A stretch of DNA of 64,000 nucleotides from Candidatus Marinacidobacterium sp. (GCA_965204755.1 OZ242011.1:3911859-3975858), one strand, 5' to 3'; counted from the first letter of the stretch, positions 39,452 to 48,596 are shown. Notes: generated from the sequence alone by a model not told the origin. Program-made: numbers and translations.

Positions 39452-41353
39452 ATGATCCTCGAGTACTTCCGCAACCGCCGCTCCGTCGGCTGGTTCCTGG
39501 GCGCCGGACTGCTGTTGCTGGTGATCGTCGCTTTCGTCGCCCTGTACTTCCCCGATTTCATGGGGGACCCGGCGACCGCGGCGCTCCGCCGGGAGGTGGC
39601 CTGGGTGGACGGCGAGCCCATCGCCGCTTCCGAATTCCTCGACCGCTACCGCCAAGCCTCCCGCTCCTACCAGGAGCAGAGCGGCGGGCAGTTCTCGCCG
39701 GCGCTCGCCCGGCAGATCGGCCTTCCCGACCAGGTGGCCGCCGAGTTGGTGCGCGACCGGATCCTGAGGCTCGAGGCCGCCCGGCTCGGGCTCTTCGTCT
39801 CCGACACCGAAGTCAGCGCCTTCATCACCGAGTCCCCGTCTTTCCAGCGGGACGGCGTCTTCGTCGGGCGCGACGCCTACCTGGCGACCCTGGCCTCCGC
39901 CCGCGTGAGTCCCCGCGACTTCGAGGCCTCGCTCCGGCAGGACCTCCTCTCGATGAAACTGCAGCGCCTGGTCACCCAGTCGCCGCATGTCTCCGATCTG
40001 GAACTCGAAGAGGAGTACCGCCGCCGGAACGAGAACGCGGCGCTCGATGTCTGGTTCGTGGACGCCGCCGGCCGCGCGGCGGGCATCGAAATCGGGGAGG
40101 ACGAAGCCCGCGAACGCTACGAGGAGGACCCTTCCGCGTTCGAGACTCCGGTCCGGCGGCAGATCCGCTTCTTCACCCTGTCGGCGGCGTCGCTCGCCGA
40201 CGAAGTCACCGTGAACCGGCGGGAGATCCAGCGGCACTACAACCGCAACCTCTTCCAGTACCAGCAGGGCGAGCAGGCCGAGGCGAGCCACATCCTGCTC
40301 ACCCCGGAGTCCGAGGAGGACGAAGAGGCGAGCCGGGAACTGGCCGCCCGGCTCGCCGACCGCGCCCGGGAGGGCGAGGACTTCGCGGAACTCGCCCGGG
40401 CGCACTCCGCGGACGAAGCGACGGCGGAAGCCGGGGGCTCGCTCGGGGTCTTCGGGCCGGAGGAGATGCTGCCGGAATTCTCGAACGCGGTCTTCGCCAT
40501 GGCGCCCGGCGAGATCAGCGACCCGATCCGCACCGACTACGGCTTCCATGTGGTGCGCCTGGAGAGCCGCGCCGCGGCGGAGACCCGGGAACTCAGCGAG
40601 GTGGAGACCGAGATCGAATCGCAACTGCGGAACGAGAAGGGCGCCGAGCGCCTGAACGAAGTCGTGCTGGAACTCGAGACCCGGGTCGGCGGGGCCGGCG
40701 ACCTGGACGAACTCGCCGAGGGGTACCCGCTGCTCGTCCCCCAGGAGTCCGGGTTCTTCGCCGAGGACGGCGAAGTCGCCGAGATCGCTTCGGCGGAAGC
40801 CGCCGCGCTCGCCTTCGCGGCGGAAGTCGGCGAGGTGGTCGGCCCGGTGCGGCTGCCGACCGGTTTCGCCTTCTTCCGGGTCCTGGCCGAGCGCCCCCCC
40901 TATGTGCCCGAGTTCGAGGAAGTCGAAGACGACCTCCGGGAGGATCTCCGCGAGGAGCGCGGCCGCCGGCTCGCCGCCGAGGCGGCCGCGGAAATCGCCG
41001 CCGCGGCCTCCGCCGGGCGGCCCGCCGCCGAGGATCCGACCCCGGTCGAGAGTTGGTTCCGCGGCAGTCCGCTCGGCCCGGCCGGGCTGTTGCCGACGGT
41101 CGAAGGAGCGGTCTTCTCCGCCGAGGTGGGCGAAGTGGTGGGGCCGCTCGAGTCCGACCGCGGCTACGCCGTCGTGCGCGTGAACGGCAAGGCCGGATTC
41201 GCCGAGGAAGTCTTCGAGGAGCAGAAGGACCGGTTCCGCGCCCAACTCGCCGAGGAGAAGAGACAGCGGCACTGGGCCGCCTTCCTGGAAGCGGCGGCCG
41301 GGCGGCACTCCGTCGAGGTGGATCGGCAGGCGATCCACGACCTGATCGGGTGA
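39452..41353 (+). CDS. PpiD/SurA-type peptidyl-prolyl isomerase
   Basis: N-terminal TM, SurA_N region, parvulin motifs ASHIL, FAELARAHS, GGSLG, TDYGFHVV. Confidence 0.9.
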   Translation: MILEYFRNRRSVGWFLGAGLLLLVIVAFVALYFPDFMGDPATAALRREVAWVDGEPIAASEFLDRYRQASRSYQEQSGGQFSPALARQIGLPDQVAAELVRDRILRLEAARLGLFVSDTEVSAFITESPSFQRDGVFVGRDAYLATLASARVSPRDFEASLRQDLLSMKLQRLVTQSPHVSDLELEEEYRRRNENAALDVWFVDAAGRAAGIEIGEDEARERYEEDPSAFETPVRRQIRFFTLSAASLADEVTVNRREIQRHYNRNLFQYQQGEQAEASHILLTPESEEDEEASRELAARLADRAREGEDFAELARAHSADEATAEAGGSLGVFGPEEMLPEFSNAVFAMAPGEISDPIRTDYGFHVVRLESRAAAETRELSEVETEIESQLRNEKGAERLNEVVLELETRVGGAGDLDELAEGYPLLVPQESGFFAEDGEVAEIASAEAAALAFAAEVGEVVGPVRLPTGFAFFRVLAERPPYVPEFEEVEDDLREDLREERGRRLAAEAAAEIAAAASAGRPAAEDPTPVESWFRGSPLGPAGLLPTVEGAVFSAEVGEVVGPLESDRGYAVVRVNGKAGFAEEVFEEQKDRFRAQLAEEKRQRHWAAFLEAAAGRHSVEVDRQAIHDLIG

Positions 41354-41359
41354 CCGGCG

Positions 41360-41725
41360 GTGGATCGGGAAGTCCGCGAGCGCGACGGGGTCGCGATCCT
41401 GGAACTGAACGGACGGCTGGTGGACGGCGGCGCCGACCGGGAACTCCGGGAGGCGGTCGAGGAACTCGTGGACTCGGGCCGGGTGCGGATCCTGCTCGAC
41501 CTGCGGGGCCTGACCTCGATAGACAGTTGCGGGCTCGGGGAACTCGTCGCCTCCGGGCGCCGGGTGCGGGAAGCCGGGGGAGCGCTCCGCGCCCTCTACC
41601 CGCAGGAGCGGGTGCTGCGCGTGCTCGACCTGACACGCGTGCTGCCGCTCTTCGAGTTGTTCGAGACCGAGGACGCCGGGATCGAGAGTTTCCGTCACGG
41701 CGCCCGGAAATCCGCCGAAGCCTGA
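41360..41725 (+). CDS. STAS-domain anti-sigma factor antagonist
   Basis: ILLDL..LTSIDSCGLGELV, VLRVLDLTRV. Confidence 0.9.
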   Translation: MDREVRERDGVAILELNGRLVDGGADRELREAVEELVDSGRVRILLDLRGLTSIDSCGLGELVASGRRVREAGGALRALYPQERVLRVLDLTRVLPLFELFETEDAGIESFRHGARKSAEA

Positions 41726-41831
41726 AACCGGTCGGCGCGCCGGACGAGGCGCGCCCGCGTCGGGTGACCGAGCCGGCGGCGCGGGAAGGGCCCGGGCCGG
41801 GGCTGGATCGGCCGGGAGCCGGGGCGCGGGC

Positions 41832-43118
41832 GTGATCCCCGTCTCCGAAGCACTCCGGATCGTCCTCGAGCGGACGCCGGAAGCGCCGCCGGAGGAGGTC
41901 CCGATCTCCCGCGCCGCCGGGCGGGTGCTGCGCGAGACCGTGCGGGCCGACCGGGACTTCCCCCCGTTCGACCGCGCCGCGGTGGACGGTTACGCCGTCC
42001 GGGCCGCCGACCTCGCCTCCGGCGAAGCGCGCCTGCGGGTTTCGGGACTCTCCCGCGCCGGCCGGTCGCCGCGATTCGTCGTCCGGCCCGGCCGGGCGGG
42101 GGCGGTGATGACCGGAGCGCCGATGCCGGAAGGCGCGGACGCGGCGATCCCGGTGGAGCACACCGAGGAGGAAGGCGGCTTCGTTTCCTGGCCGCGTCCC
42201 GGCCCGGGGGCGGCGGGAGGCGCGCCGCCCGCCGCGGGAAGCCGGATCACCCGCCGGGGCGCGGAGGCCGCGGCCGGGAGCCTGCTCCTCGCTCCCGGCG
42301 CCCGCCTCACCGCCGCCGGAGCGGGCCTGCTGGCCGCTGTCGGCCGCACCCGGGTCTCGGTGGGGCGGCGCCCGAGCGCGGCCATCGTCTCCACCGGGGA
42401 CGAACTGGCGCACCCCTCGGCGCGGCGGATCGGCCCGGCCCGGATCCGGGACGCGAACTCCTGGCTGCTCGCCGCCCGGTGCCGCGCCTGCGGGCTGGAA
42501 ACCCGGCGGCTGGGCATCGTCCGCGACCGGCCGGAGGCCCTCGCCTCCGCGATTCGCCGGGGGCTGGAGGCCGAGATGCTCTTCCTCTCCGGGGGCGTCT
42601 CCGCCGGCCGGTTCGATCATGTGGAGGAAGTCCTCGCCGCCGCGGGGGTCCGCCTGCTCATCACCGCGGTGGCGATCCGCCCCGGGAAGCCCTTCGTCTT
42701 CGGCGCCGCCGAGCCCCCCGGGAGGACGCTGGTCTTCGCCCTGCCCGGCAATCCTGCGTCCGCCCTGACGACCTTCGAGGTGTTCGCCGCGCCGGCGATC
42801 CGGCGGTTCGAGGGGCTCTCGGCGCCGGCGCCGGCGCCGGTCCGGGCGTCCCTCGGGGGCGCGCTCCCCGCCGCCGGCCCGCGGCGGGCCTACCTTCCGG
42901 CGCGGCTCACCGCCGAGCCGGACGGATCGTTGCGGGCCTTCCCCATCCGCTCGCGGGGCTCCGGCGACCTCTCCGCGCTCGCCCTCGCGAACGGGCTGGT
43001 GATCCTTCCCGAAGGGCGGGACCCGGCTCGGCCGGGTGAAGAGGTCTCCGTGCTGCCGCTCGACGCCGGCCCCGACCCCGTCGGGGAGGGCGGCGGATGG
43101 CATGATCCCCGCGAATGA
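41832..43118 (+). CDS. moeA: Molybdopterin molybdotransferase
   Basis: PPFDRAAVDGYAV, MTGAPMP.GAD, STGDEL, SGGVSAG, RPGKP, LPGNPAS. Confidence 0.95.
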   Translation: MIPVSEALRIVLERTPEAPPEEVPISRAAGRVLRETVRADRDFPPFDRAAVDGYAVRAADLASGEARLRVSGLSRAGRSPRFVVRPGRAGAVMTGAPMPEGADAAIPVEHTEEEGGFVSWPRPGPGAAGGAPPAAGSRITRRGAEAAAGSLLLAPGARLTAAGAGLLAAVGRTRVSVGRRPSAAIVSTGDELAHPSARRIGPARIRDANSWLLAARCRACGLETRRLGIVRDRPEALASAIRRGLEAEMLFLSGGVSAGRFDHVEEVLAAAGVRLLITAVAIRPGKPFVFGAAEPPGRTLVFALPGNPASALTTFEVFAAPAIRRFEGLSAPAPAPVRASLGGALPAAGPRRAYLPARLTAEPDGSLRAFPIRSRGSGDLSALALANGLVILPEGRDPARPGEEVSVLPLDAGPDPVGEGGGWHDPRE

Positions 43119-43663
43119 GCGAGGCGGGCGCGCCGGCGGCGGGGTCGAGCGGGGGGCTGACCCACCTGGGGCCGGACGGCGGCGCCCGCATGGTGGACAT
43201 CGGCGGCAAGCCGGTGACCGCTCGGGAAGCGGTGGCGGAGTCCTTCGTCTCGGTCTCCCCCGCCGCCCTCGCCGCCGCCCGGAGCGGCAACGCCCCCAAG
43301 GGGAGCGTCCTGGAGACCGCCCGGCTCGCCGGGATCTCCGGGGCCAAGGCCTGTTCCTCGCTCATTCCCCTCTGCCACCCGCTGCTGCTCGACCACGCCG
43401 AGGTCTCGGCCGAGTTCCGGCCGGACGGGATCCGGCTGGTGAGCCGCGTTTCCTGCCGGGGCGCCACCGGCGTCGAGATGGAGGCGCTGACCGCGGCGGC
43501 GGTCGCCGCCCTCGCGGTGGTGGACATGTTGAAGGCCCTCGACAGAGGCATGGTCATCGAGCGGGTCCGGCTCCTCGAGAAACGGGGCGGCGCGGCGGGC
43601 TCCTACCGGGCTGACCCGGGCTCCTACCGGGCTGACCCGGCCCCCGACCAATCCGGAGCGTGA
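43115..43663 (+). CDS. moaC: Cyclic pyranopterin monophosphate synthase
   Basis: LTH...ARMVDI, LIPLCHP, TGVEMEAL, DMLKA, LLEKRGG. Confidence 0.95.
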   Translation: MSEAGAPAAGSSGGLTHLGPDGGARMVDIGGKPVTAREAVAESFVSVSPAALAAARSGNAPKGSVLETARLAGISGAKACSSLIPLCHPLLLDHAEVSAEFRPDGIRLVSRVSCRGATGVEMEALTAAAVAALAVVDMLKALDRGMVIERVRLLEKRGGAAGSYRADPGSYRADPAPDQSGA

Positions 43664-44598
43664 TGCCGCCCGCCGAGCCCCCGCCCGAGCCGGCCCCGAT
43701 CGGGGAGCCCGAACCCCTCGCCGGCGGCGCGGCGGCGCGGCGGGAGGCGCTGCGGACGGTCGTGGAGTCGTTCGGGTCGGTGGTGGTGGCCCTCAGCGGG
43801 GGCGTGGACAGCGCCACCCTCGCGGTCTTCGCGCACCGCGTCCTCGGGCGGCGGAGCCTCGCCGTGACCGGGGTCAGCCCGGCCCTGTCCGCCCACTCCC
43901 GGGCGCTCGTACGGGCCCTGCTGGCGGAGCATCCGATACCGCACCTCTGGCTCCGCACGGACGAGATGGACGCCCCCGGCTACCGGGAAAACGGGCCGGA
44001 TCGGTGTTTTTTCTGCAAGGACACGCTCTACGCCGCGCTCGCCGGCCTCGCCGAGCGCCGCGGGTTCGCCTTCGTGCTCGACGGCGAAAACGCGGACGAC
44101 GCCGGCGATGTGCGCCCGGGAAGGCGCGCCGCGGCCGCGCGCGGCGTCCGCTCCCCGCTCCGGGAGGCCGGCCTCGGGAAGTCGGAGGTGCGCGCCCTGG
44201 CGCGGTCGCTCGGCGTCCCTACCGCCGAGGAACCGGCTTCGGCCTGCCTCTCTTCCCGGATTCCGCGGAACATCCCCATCACGGCCCCCCTCCTGCGCCA
44301 GGTCGAGGCCGGCGAAGCGGCGGTTCGCGGCTGCGGGTTCGGTCGGCTGCGGGTGCGCCACGAAGGCGGCCTCGCCCGCATCGAGTTGCCGCCGGCCGAC
44401 ATCCCCCGCGCGCTCGCGCCGGAGGTCCGCCGACGCCTCTCCGCCCGACTGTCCGACCTGGGTTTCCGGCAGGTCGCGGTGGACCTCCGGGGCTACCGCC
44501 CGGCGGGCCTCGCCACCCCGGCCGACCCGGTTCGGGACCTGGCCTGGCTCGTCGGCGGCCCCGCGCCGCCGCCCGGCCGACCCGGACGAGCCGGCTGA
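43660..44598 (+). CDS. larE: LarE-family ATP-dependent sulfur transferase
   Basis: ALSGGVDS (PP-loop), RCFFCK, DGENADD..D.RPG, ACLSSRIP, RVRH. Confidence 0.9.
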   Translation: MMPPAEPPPEPAPIGEPEPLAGGAAARREALRTVVESFGSVVVALSGGVDSATLAVFAHRVLGRRSLAVTGVSPALSAHSRALVRALLAEHPIPHLWLRTDEMDAPGYRENGPDRCFFCKDTLYAALAGLAERRGFAFVLDGENADDAGDVRPGRRAAAARGVRSPLREAGLGKSEVRALARSLGVPTAEEPASACLSSRIPRNIPITAPLLRQVEAGEAAVRGCGFGRLRVRHEGGLARIELPPADIPRALAPEVRRRLSARLSDLGFRQVAVDLRGYRPAGLATPADPVRDLAWLVGGPAPPPGRPGRAG

Positions 44599-44624
44599 CC
44601 GGCGCGGCCGGCCGGAACCGCGCG

Positions 44625-45758
44625 GTGCCGCTCGAAGTCCGCATCGTCGCGGACGCCGACGAGGACGACGGCAGCGGGCGCGCGGTCGAGGTCCGGCTGA
44701 CCGCCCGCCGGCGCGCGGACGAGGATCCGGTGGAGGACTCCCGCCTCTTCGCGTCCGGCGACCTCCCGGAGGTCCTCGCCGCCGTGGAGGAGTTCGTGGA
44801 GCGGCATCGGGACGCCCTCCCCGAACCCCGGAGATGCGCCTGCCGCCGGTGCGACCGGGTGTTCGACCCGGCTGCGGCGGCGGAAGCGGGCAGCGGGAGC
44901 GCGTACCCGGCGGCGCGAAGAAGACCCTTCGTCTGCCGGGAATGCCGGGAGGAAGCGCTCTCGGCGCCGCCGCCGGGAGCGGGTCGGTCGTCCCCGGACG
45001 CCGGGGCGCCGAACGGCGCCGGGGCGGAAGTCGTCTTCCTCGGGACCGGGAACGCCCACGGCGCCGCCGGGCGGCTGCCGGCGGCGATCTTCCTCCGCGC
45101 CCGGGGGCGGCGCCGGGGCGTGCTGCTCGACGCCGGACCCGGCTGCTCGGCGGCGCTCCGGCGCGAGGGCCTGACCTCGGACGACCTCGGCGCGGTGGCG
45201 CTCAGCCACTTCCACGGCGACCACTTCGCCGGCCTCCCGTTCCTCGAACTCGACGCGGCGAACGCCGGCCGCAAAGACCCGCTGGCCGTGTTCGCCCCGC
45301 CGGGCGCGCGGGAGCGCGTCCGGGCCCTGCGACGGTGCTGCTACCCCTCCCTCGACCCGCTCCCCTTCCCCCAGCCGGTGGAAGAGTTGCTGCCCGGCGA
45401 AACGGCGCCGCTCCCGGCGGCCTGCGGCCCCGGTTCGTTGTCGGCGCGTGCCGCCGCGCACCAGGAGCGCGCCTGGGCGCTCGGCTACACCCTGCGGATC
45501 GGCGGCCGAACCGTCATCTACTCGGGAGACACCGCCTGGAGCGCGCGGACGGCCCGGGTCGCCGCGGGCGCCGACCTCCTCCTCCACGAGTGCTCGGCGC
45601 TCGATCCCCTGCCCGGCCATACCTCCCTGAAGGAGATCGCCGCCGACGCGGACGGCATCCGGGCCCGGCGCACCGTGCTCGTCCACTGCGACGAGGAGGT
45701 GCTCGCCGCGGAGACGCCCTTCGAGTGCGCCCACGACGGGCTGCGGCTCGGGATCTGA
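44625..45758 (+). CDS. RNase Z-like MBL-fold hydrolase with an N-terminal extension carrying a CxxC...CxxC motif
   Basis: FLGTG, LLDAG, SHFHGDH, YSGDT, LLLHECS, VH; N-terminal CRRC...CREC. Confidence 0.8.
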   Translation: MPLEVRIVADADEDDGSGRAVEVRLTARRRADEDPVEDSRLFASGDLPEVLAAVEEFVERHRDALPEPRRCACRRCDRVFDPAAAAEAGSGSAYPAARRRPFVCRECREEALSAPPPGAGRSSPDAGAPNGAGAEVVFLGTGNAHGAAGRLPAAIFLRARGRRRGVLLDAGPGCSAALRREGLTSDDLGAVALSHFHGDHFAGLPFLELDAANAGRKDPLAVFAPPGARERVRALRRCCYPSLDPLPFPQPVEELLPGETAPLPAACGPGSLSARAAAHQERAWALGYTLRIGGRTVIYSGDTAWSARTARVAAGADLLLHECSALDPLPGHTSLKEIAADADGIRARRTVLVHCDEEVLAAETPFECAHDGLRLGI

Positions 45759-45804
45759 CCGCCGCCGCGGGGGTGGAGGAGGCGCCGCCCGGCGCCCCTC
45801 CGGC

Positions 45805-46056
45805 CTAGTTCTCGGACCGGGAGGAGCCCGCGGCGTCCTTCGCCGCTTCGCCGGCTTCGTCGGAATCGGAGGCCGACGACCCGCCGATGCTCTTCATGGA
45901 CTTGCGGAAGTTGCGGATGCCCTCGCCGAGCCCCGCTCCCAACTGCGGCAGTTTGGACGCGCCGAAGATGAGGATCACGATGCCGAGGATGATCAGCAAC
46001 TCCGTGGCGCCGAACGGCCCGAGGAGCAGGATCTGGGGGAACGCGGCGGCTGTCAT
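45805..46056 (-). CDS. tatA: Twin-arginine translocase TatA/TatE subunit
   Basis: [33 protein letters not shown]. Confidence 0.93.
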   Translation of the reverse strand: MTAAAFPQILLLGPFGATELLIILGIVILIFGASKLPQLGAGLGEGIRNFRKSMKSIGGSSASDSDEAGEAAKDAAGSSRSEN

Positions 46057-46086
46057 GGGCCGATTCTACTCCGCGCCGACGCCTGA

Positions 46087-46211
46087 CAGCCCGTGGAAAA
46101 AGCGCCCCGCCGTCCACTCTTCGACGCGAGGGCGCCAAGTCCGCGTTCGGTTTCGCGGCGGGGCGCTCTTCCCACGGCCCGGCGGCGCGAATCGCTGCGC
46201 GATTCCCCCCG
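46087..46211 (-). repeat. Hairpin-rich repeat, copy D, truncated by the prophage end
   Basis: Reverse complement of copy A with few differences; similarity stops at ...gattccccccg|TGACGG. Confidence 0.9.
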
Positions 46212-46219
46212 TGACGGGA

Positions 46220-46422
46220 GCCATTAGAAACGGCACGGATTGCCGTTGTATTTGGCACGGCCCGGAACCAGCCGCGCAAAGGCGCTCGATACCGCGCAAT
46301 AGTGCGCGGGGCAACGACTTAGGAGCGGTCGGCGGCGCGGCGGCGGGGGCGTGCTATGAGCGAAGGGGACTCAATGCTCATACCCCTCGAACGCGGGACA
46401 TGCAGCCGTTGTAAATGGCACG
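46220..46422 (+). promoter_or_regulatory. Three putative transposase-binding sites at the prophage end (46220-46237, 46242-46259, 46405-46422)
   Basis: GCCATTAGAAACGGCACG, GCCGTTGTATTTGGCACG, GCCGTTGTAAATGGCACG; the first two have a 22-bp period next to the TG end. Confidence 0.75.
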
Positions 46423-46580
46423 ATTCAACGACCGTTCAAAGACGCTTATCCCCATGGTGCCGTTGGCCTTGAAGGGTGTTCCCGCATCGCGCGACGCGGG
46501 ACATCCCGCCCTCGGATCGCGGAGTTAGATGTCCCGCGATCGCGGGACATCGGTCGGATGTCCCGCGTGATGTCCCGCGT
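46392..46580. repeat. Six copies of GATGTCCCGCG in both orientations, including a perfect 24-bp palindrome (46528-46551)
   Basis: Copies near 46392 (10/11), 46495, 46528, 46541, 46557 and 46569. Confidence 0.85.
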
Positions 46581-46711
46581 TCGCTTCGGGGGCTCGCGAG
46601 GCGGGGCTGGTTCCCGCCGGGCGGGGTCGCTCAAGGCGCCGTCGGCGCGCGCGACGGCGGGAGATCGAGTATCGAGGTCGGGGGCGGGCGCCGCGGTTCG
46701 CGGCGGCGGGC

Positions 46712-47056
46712 TCACTCGATCCGGTCGGCGCTGATCCAGCCGCTCACGAGGTCCGCCGCGGCGTCGAGGTCGCGGTCGTCGAAGGCGGCGCGGAGGCGGG
46801 CCAGCGACCGGCGGCGGGGCTGGTTCTCGGCGTGCTCGAAGGCGCGGATGACGACCCGGGGTTGCGGTTCGGTGAAGCCCAGTTCGGCCTGCGCCTCGAG
46901 GGCGGAGCGGTCGCGGGGCGGCGGCGTCCCGATCCCCCGGCGGGCGCCTTCCTCTCCCAGCCTCCTGGCGTCGGCCTCTTCCTCGGCGGTGAGGGCGGGG
47001 AGTTGGTGGCGGAGGTAGAAGTCCGCCCACCACGAACGGGCGACCAGCGGGGCCAT
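46712..47056 (-). CDS. Phage hypothetical protein
   Basis: Plausible composition; last gene of the leftward early block. Confidence 0.5.
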   Translation of the reverse strand: MAPLVARSWWADFYLRHQLPALTAEEEADARRLGEEGARRGIGTPPPRDRSALEAQAELGFTEPQPRVVIRAFEHAENQPRRRSLARLRAAFDDRDLDAAADLVSGWISADRIE

Positions 47057-47135
47057 GACGGGGCTCTTGGACTTTCGCCGGCGGATGAGGCGGGGGCCGC
47101 CGCGGGGAGGGCGCAAGACCGGCGGCGCCCCGCGT

Positions 47136-47558
47136 TCAAGGATCCTGCTTGCGGAGGATCCGTTTGATCTGGGCTCGGGAGTAGCCCCAGCGGGCGCCCA
47201 GTCGGGCGGCCGGGACTCCCGCGGCGGCCTCCGCGACGACGCTGCGGTGGACCACGGCGCGGCGGGCGGCCGCGCAGCGGGGCACATCGATCTGCTCCCC
47301 GCCGCGTTCGGCGGCGAGGACGGAGAGGCTGGGACGCCCGATCTTGGCTACCAGCGGGTGGTCGGGGCCGGCCTTGCGCGGGACCGGCACATAGACGGTA
47401 GTTCCGCCGCAGGCGGCGACCAGCCGGAGGGCCACCGGGAGGCCGACATCGGCGGCGAGTTCGCGCACCGAGCGCGGGAGGAGGTCGGCGATCTCCGGAG
47501 TCGCGGACGCCGCCGCGAGCAGTGCCTCGGCGTCGAGCGGCGGGCCGGGGGCGCTCAC
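47136..47558 (-). CDS. Mor/C-family transcription activator
   Basis: LP..VRELA..VG...ALRLV...GGTTVYVP, GGEQIDVPRC, C-terminal HTH. Confidence 0.85.
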   Translation of the reverse strand: MSAPGPPLDAEALLAAASATPEIADLLPRSVRELAADVGLPVALRLVAACGGTTVYVPVPRKAGPDHPLVAKIGRPSLSVLAAERGGEQIDVPRCAAARRAVVHRSVVAEAAAGVPAARLGARWGYSRAQIKRILRKQDP

Positions 47559-47971
47559 GAGGCGGCCCGCTTCGCCTTGCGGATGCGGTCGTAGTTCAGC
47601 GCGGCGACCACCTTCCGCAGGTCCTCCGGCTTGGCCCATTCCAGCCGGGCCGGGGCGCGCGCCCCCAGTTGCCGGCGGAGGATGGCTTCGGCGTAGGCGA
47701 CCGGGCGCTCGCCGAGCAGCGCGTGGACCTTGCGGAGCAGCGGGCCGCGCTCCGGGCCGGGGACCGGGCTCCGGCGGCCGAAGGCGCCGTCGGCGCGCAT
47801 CCGGTCGAGCACCGCGCCCCGGCCCCGGGCGTTCAGCGCCCCGGCGGAGTCCTGCCCGCCGACCTCCCGGAGCAGGGTGCGGTAGGCGTCCTCGTCGAGC
47901 CCCAGCGCCTTCCGCCCGATGTGGATGCGGGCGAGTTCGGCGCGGCGGCGCTCCGCGGGCTTGCGGGCCAT
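47555..47971 (-). CDS. GemA / gp16 (DUF1018) family protein
   Basis: LARIHIGRKALGLDEDAYR..L....G..S. Confidence 0.9.
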   Translation of the reverse strand: MARKPAERRRAELARIHIGRKALGLDEDAYRTLLREVGGQDSAGALNARGRGAVLDRMRADGAFGRRSPVPGPERGPLLRKVHALLGERPVAYAEAILRRQLGARAPARLEWAKPEDLRKVVAALNYDRIRKAKRAAS

Positions 47972-48074
47972 CGGCTCACCCCCGGCCGGTGCGCCGCGGC
48001 CGCGCCCCGCCGACAGCGCGGCCCGACGCCCCCGGGCGCCGGGCCGACCGCCGCCGCGGCACGACTCGCCCCGG

Positions 48075-48596
48075 CTACCCGGCCTCGCCGCCGGAGCGGC
48101 GGGCGTCTTCGAGCAGGGCCTCCACCACCTTCTCCACCTCGCCGTCGGTCGGCTTGATGACGACCGCGTCCCCGGTGTCCTCGACGGTCACCCCCAGCCG
48201 CTTCAGGTCGGAGGCGGGGAGCCGCGCCAGCGCGGCCCGCACCGGCGCCTCGGTGGTCTTGATGAGCACCGCCGCCTGCTCCGGGAAGTGGCGGCGGATC
48301 AGCGCGAGCAGCCGCTCCCGGTCCGCGATGACCAGCCGCCCCTTCTGCTTGGTGAAGCCGATCCGGACGCCCTCGATGACCAGGGTGCGGGGGCGGACGA
48401 AGGCATCGGGGTTGGCGGCGATGGCCGCTTCGAGTTCGCCGCGGGCGGCGGCGACCTCCTCGACCGAGCGGCGGATGGCCGGCAGGCGCTTGCGCCGGGC
48501 GGCGTCCACTTCCGCCCGGAGTCCGTCCACCCGGGAGCGGAGCGCCAGGCGCCGGGCCGCGTAGCGGCGGACGCGGGCCTCGATGTCAGCGAGCAT
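48075..48596 (-). CDS. Gam-like host-nuclease inhibitor
   Basis: Coiled-coil N-terminus, F.RPRT....GVRIGF.KQKG, LKRLGV; position in the Mu early region. Confidence 0.8.
   Translation of the reverse strand: MLADIEARVRRYAARRLALRSRVDGLRAEVDAARRKRLPAIRRSVEEVAAARGELEAAIAANPDAFVRPRTLVIEGVRIGFTKQKGRLVIADRERLLALIRRHFPEQAAVLIKTTEAPVRAALARLPASDLKRLGVTVEDTGDAVVIKPTDGEVEKVVEALLEDARRSGGEAG

Noticed and set aside
38212-41835. Many long Arg/Pro/Gly-rich ORFs (this one and similar throughout)
   Set aside because: Alternative-frame shadows expected at this GC content; they overlap well-supported genes and have no motifs.
46490-46580. CRISPR array
   Set aside because: Repeats are 11-12 bp, in mixed orientation, without unique regular spacers; no cas genes.
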